A stretch of DNA of 20,000 nt from Stramenopiles sp. TOSAG23-3 (taxonomy: Eukaryota): assembly GCA_900128585.1 (NCBI GenBank), contig LT642147.1, positions 58,654 to 78,653 of the forward strand, in the 5' to 3' direction. Below, in pieces: positions 18,667-20,000 of the stretch; the first letter of the stretch is position 1; every line of letters starts with the position of its first letter. The notes under the pieces are model-generated. The model was not told the origin of the DNA. It saw only the letters and a list, made by a program, of their open reading frames with translations, and did no database searches. The position numbers and the translations under genes were made by a program.

Positions 18667-19450
18667 AACAGAACCGCCTCCTTGACCTCTGAACAAACTT
18701 GAGCAAACCCACGATCCATGTATACAAAAACTAAAACCAACTCTCCAAACCCTAGTATTTTATGGGCTTTTACTGCTTTTTCGTCCATTTCTATTGTGTG
18801 CTTCTATAAAAGGAAAGAGAAAAGAAAGATTAAGATACGGTACCGGTATTAAAACTCCACGTTTGCCTTGCGGCAGGGCAGGGGTCGGGTGAGAGGAGGA
18901 GGGGGGTGGGGTGGCAAAGTAGTCGCTTTCAAACCATGTTGATTGTTTGTACTTAAGAACATATGTAAATAGGTATATTTAATATAATCATTATAACTAG
19001 TTGTTTCAATTTCTAGTACAGCATTATATAGGGAATATTGGAGGTCTTTCCGGCGTCCTTTCATCATGCCAAACCATTAGAATATACAGAGGTACATTTT
19101 ACGAAGTAAGAGTACGAGTAGTAAAACGACGAAGATCTATTTATGTGCGTAAAGAAGCTAAGTTCGTATTTAGCAACAGAAGTTGCTTAATTTATATCAG
19201 CGAGCAGCGTGCATTTCAACGCTGTATCGAAATTGTATTGAAAAACGGCACACACAGCACATGAATTTAATCGCCGCACCATACGGTCTGGTATAGATGA
19301 GGGCCCGAGCCGCCACTTTCTGGCAAAAATGTTTCTATGGCATGGGCGACGACAGCGCCGGAAATTGAAAGGCGACGAACGTGCCAATGCAAAGGTTTCC
19401 GTAGCGTGGGGTACACTTTCGATCCACAAATTCAACGACCGAATGGCGCA

Positions 19451-19726
19451 TCATACTTTCCTAACCAAAGTAATATTTTCCCCTTTCAACAAAATTCGCC
19501 CGAGGGCTTTCTTTTCTTTGGTCCGTACGTTTACTTCATACGCATCGTCCAGGACAAAATTCATGTATTCGTCAAACCCTACTAATTTCCCTTCCATTTG
19601 TGTATTTACCTGTTCGTACAACCATATTCTCACCACCGATTTTTGCTGCAAAAAGCGAAATATAAGCTGTATGGGCATGGTCATAACCTTTCGACCACCG
19701 CCGCCACCTCCTCCCCTTGAAGCCAT
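19451..19726 (-). CDS. SNRPE: Small nuclear ribonucleoprotein E (SmE)
   Basis: [34 protein letters not shown] and [13 protein letters not shown] are SmE Sm1/Sm2 signatures. Intronless, 91 aa. Confidence 0.97.
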   Translation of the reverse strand: MASRGGGGGGGRKVMTMPIQLIFRFLQQKSVVRIWLYEQVNTQMEGKLVGFDEYMNFVLDDAYEVNVRTKEKKALGRILLKGENITLVRKV

Positions 19727-19971
19727 CTTGAAACAAACGTGTGTATTTGTATTGGTTGCTGGCGTAACAATTCACACCGATATTCAATACAAGACAATAA
19801 ATCCAAAGTATCAATTGCATCCTATGGTTTCTTTTCCGTGTCTTGTACCATGTCAATTCAGTATAACAAATGTAGTGTATGCATTAATATACGTTTGTAT
19901 ATATGTATATGTGCCAATGGAATTATTATTTTTTAAAAATGGAAATGGATTTTTTTTATTTATTATTTGTT

Positions 19972-20000
19972 GTGGTGTGGTGGTGGTGGTGGTGGTGGTG
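19972..20000. repeat. (GGT)n microsatellite, truncated by window end
   Basis: Directly visible. Confidence 0.85.

Overview
Compact, intron-poor eukaryotic (protist-like, possibly stramenopile; lineage not provable from sequence) region with GC-richer genes separated by AT-rich, microsatellite-bearing spacers. Nine protein genes are supported: a three-exon secreted cysteine-rich repeat protein missed by the ORF track (minus strand, runs off the left edge), an alpha-like glutathione S-transferase whose N-terminus is split at a G9 run, NTAQ1/WDYHV1, a lipid-anchored RING E3-like protein, a mitochondrial PRDX5-type peroxiredoxin, a ~2100-aa polytopic membrane protein built from a D-x15-R helix repeat, a short major-vault-protein-like/SPFH protein, a TruA-family pseudouridine synthase and SmE. 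The most interesting items are the 'mini-vault' protein, the D-x15-R membrane repeat protein divergently paired with it, an in-frame duplicated C-terminus just past that gene's stop codon, and the cryptic Cys-rich gene with an RxLR-like motif. No RNA genes, transposases, reverse transcriptases or CRISPR arrays were recognised. All family assignments come from motif recognition, not database searches.
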